Below, in pieces: positions 60,623 through 64,000 of a stretch of DNA of 64,000 nt (the stretch's first letter is position 1; the number at the start of each line of letters is the position of its first letter). The notes under the pieces are model-generated. The model was not told the DNA's origin and did not search any database. It was given only the letters and a program-made list of their open reading frames with translations. The DNA comes from Lingula anatina (lineage: Eukaryota > Animalia > Brachiopoda): the NCBI GenBank assembly GCA_051362555.1, contig CM120640.1, positions 39,658,788 to 39,722,787 of the forward strand. The letters are read 5' to 3'. A program made the position numbers and the translations under genes.

Positions 60623-63600
60623 GTATGTTCTTGTACCATTCTGAGGGTTTTTTTTGTCTTAGAATATGCTTAGGAGTGTCTCTTTTAAGAGTGACCCCAG
60701 TGCTATTCTCTACCTTAGGCTTGTTAGAGGTTTTCTGCATTTTCTTTCATAATGTTGCTTTTATTTGTCCTGGACTTTATAGTAGGGAAATGGTACTTAG
60801 TAGTAATTTTCATAATTGTTCTCTCTCTGCTGGGATACGTAGATGTTTGTGTTTTGGATTTTTGTGTTTGGTTAGCACTGGTGTAAATTGGTATTTTTTT
60901 ATTTTTGCCACCTTTTTAAGTTAATGAGATATGGAAACTGGGACACCCAGGAAAGATGGTTGAGAAGGAAAGGGGATTGGTACAGTGGTTGGGGGAATAT
61001 TTATATTATGACACATAGTCCATCAAATTTGTTGCAGCAATTAGAAAAATAAAATTCTCCACACTTTTTAAACTCATGACATGCTTCTTCTTTCTGACTA
61101 AAATTGTACTAAAACAATCCTGATCTGGATTTGTTTGAAAGTGCTCAAAATGACATATCAAGCATTGTGAATTTTTTGTTGTATTTTCTTTAAAAATGGT
61201 GTGGTCATGAACAAGCTGCCATGGTTTTATCAAAGCTGTACATAACTACAGCTAAGATTAGATTCTAGATATCAACAGTATCTGCACATATTCCTATCAC
61301 TTGCGGCTGCCCTTGTTGATGGAACGAGACTCATTTCTTATTACTGCAATAAGTAGGAAGCAGTGTTGGGTTAAACTTGTGGTGATGACTCATTGCCCTT
61401 ACGTTCAGGTGGAGTTACTAAGTGGGCACGTCAAAATTATTCCTTATACATTTATATATTTATTTATTTATTTATTTTGAGTACCTTTTTTCTGGTGATT
61501 CTGGGCTTGGTATCACAAGAAAGGCTTAATTACAGGCACGGTGATAGGGCTATTTTTGATATTTATCTATATAAAGTTTCTTGTACAAAAAGGTTGTCTG
61601 TACATTTGGCAGCTTTAGACATGTGTGGACTCAGTGTTTCAAATATTTGCAACATCCAGGGCTGAACTGTATGTCACACCCAACACAATGCCTCAATATT
61701 GTCACCCCTAACACACAGCTACGATACATGTTGTGCATTTTTTCATGGCATCTCTTGTCATTGAATCTCTGTATTTTATATATGGCCGTAAGGTATTTAT
61801 GTGTTATTAACTGCATGGGTGACTGGAGAAGAAATTTATAGGGTGAACAGTTGACTTCATATAAATACAGTATCTATATGTTTATATGTATTGCCTCCCA
61901 TTTTATCTGTATTTTGTATGTTAAAGAATGATGTGTACAAAACCAGTATCTACCATTACTTCAGTAACTGATTTATCATTCGAGGTAAATGAGAATGAGT
62001 AGACCTTGATAGTTTTATGTGATAAGAAGACTGGTAGATTCTACATTTGATTTGTCCTTGCATTGTTGTTGAACCCTCATATTTATATATAACCTTATTT
62101 CTTCCTTGTGAAGGTTTGATCATGTATATATGAGCAACTAGAAGCAGGAGGTGGACCAGTAAGTTATAAGCAGGCCTGGCATGCTATCTCTCATATTTAT
62201 ATACATATATATAAATGTATACACACACAAATATTTTTATATATCAAAGTCATCTTGGTTGAGTGTTGTCTGGTATGCTTGGGGTCACTAACACAGCAGC
62301 TGGTGGGACGTGGTGTGAATCAGGTGGATTGTGTTTATTCTCAACCACTGTCTCAACTACCACACTCCCATGTCTTGGTCTTCTGGCTCTTCTGTGTTCT
62401 TAAGGTTATCACTAACAGATTTCTTTCAGCTGTTATTATTTTTTTTAGGGTGGGGCATGGTTATTAATTAGCATGACTTGATGGTCTCCTTTTGTTTGCA
62501 TGCCAGTATATATACTATATATTTAGTTAGAATGCAAAATTGTGCAGGAAAGGATTGGGGACAATTGCTTGTATGTGTAGTAACTGTAATGTATAGTTCT
62601 GTGCCTTTGTCTGTTATTTTCTTTCTACCTCCCCCCCCCCTCCCCCCTCCCCAGTTTACAGTGGAAGTAACTACCCAGAAGCGCATTCATACATAATACA
62701 TTTTGTTCATTTGCAATGGTCTGTGTTACCTTGTGGATACCTTTGGTTGTTAGATGTTGTTGTTAGCTATTGTATTGTGGTACAGTTCAGCCACTGGGTC
62801 CAAATTGCATGTTTGCAAGCCCTAGCCAAGGAGAGTCTCAAAACAAAGCAGATTATTCCAATAATTCTTAGCCACATTATTGATACTTAAAGAGAAAGAG
62901 ACGGATGGGAACTGTCATTCATAACAGGTGTATCTCTTTTGATACTGAAGTTGGGTTTGAAATCTCTGTCTGCTAACTGAGATCTTCACATGACACAAGG
63001 ATCCTTCTCTGTTTCATTATTCATGTATCAGATGAAAAGAGGGTCCCCTCAATATTTGAGGGGTGATATGAAAAAAAAATGTGAAAAAATACAGAGGGTT
63101 GTGGATTTAGAATGTTGGTATTGAATATTAAAGTTTTGAGACTCTTGACTGGTGCCTTGCATCATTGTTCTAAGTCTCACATGTAGTCACACATAATACA
63201 TCCTGCAAACACAAGTTTAAACATTAAATTATGTGTAAGGAAATGGTGTTGTTTGATACAGTGCACATTGAAATACATGTAATAGTTGAGAAAGTTCTTT
63301 TTGAAGTGCTTGATTTTGTTCGTATTTACCTGTTCAAATTTTCTTTTTTTCTTCATGAAGATGTTTATCTTGACAAAAATAAAAAAAAGAAAAAAGCATA
63401 TCTAATCACTAACCATTTACCTTGAACCCGCATGAAGAATAGAATTATCAGACCCAAAGCCAGTGATTATTCCTTGAAATAAAATCTGTATATACTAATC
63501 ATGTACCTTAAACCTGTGTGATATTTTAACAATCTGACTTCAATGGAGACCACAAAAAATATGAGTAAAACTAATCAGTCATATTGAACTTGCTTGAAAA

Positions 63601-63947
63601 TTAATATTGTGTTTTGCAATGAGTTTCTGGAACTTGCAATGAAAAACTAATCAGAATCTAATTGGTCTGCTATTAAAAGGCATAAAATGTTTGTCTTTTT
63701 CCTTTATCAGAAAACTCCAGACCTGAAAGATCAGTCAGTTACCATAAATCCATTTGTAATTTTTTTTTTTGTCTACAATGTTTGAGATTTGCATATAATA
63801 ACTCTTACCATTATATAACTACACTAATTTTACTTATACATAAACTTGGGATTTTGTTGAAGTAATGTTTATATATGTTTTTAATACATCACCTCAGCAA
63901 GTGTATTATACATAGTGTACTTCATTTCTTCCTTTTGTCTTTTCCAG

Positions 63948-64000
63948 ATGCCAGCTTCAAGCAGCTTGTCTCTGGTGTCAAGGCCATGCAAACATCGCGA
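63948..64000 (+). CDS. RGS12: RGS12 exon (partial), start of GoLoco motif (DASFKQLVSGVKAMQTSR...)
   Basis: Long pyrimidine tract then TTTCCAG|, phase 1. LVSGVKAMQTSR aligns with the N-terminal helix and Q-x-x-R of GoLoco motifs; truncated by the window edge. Confidence 0.78.
   Translation, partial: MPASSSLSLVSRPCKHR

Overview
AT-rich animal genomic DNA with GT-AG introns, probably a marine invertebrate (lophotrochozoan-like; taxon is inference). There are three zones. (1) 1.7-20.6 kb is a near-identical direct triplication of a ~6.09 kb non-coding segment (period 6426 bp). Both junctions carry the same ~340 bp inverted copy of sequence from 512-853, which contains a Helentron-type HINE. Each unit holds a palindromic 3'-3' Tc1 relic with a nested MITE. 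(2) 20.6-25.4 kb holds two minus-strand TRIM/B-box genes with single-exon CDSs and no C-terminal domain: one RING-less with an N-myristoylation motif, one with a variant RING. A third B-box relic may be present. (3) 26-64 kb is a plus-strand RGS12/loco gene (PDZ-PTB-RGS-RBD-RBD-GoLoco), traced through 14 phase-consistent coding exons and running off the right edge. It has a candidate internal alternative first exon, and its introns carry MITEs, a long hairpin and mini/microsatellites. All alignments were done by eye; no database searches were run.
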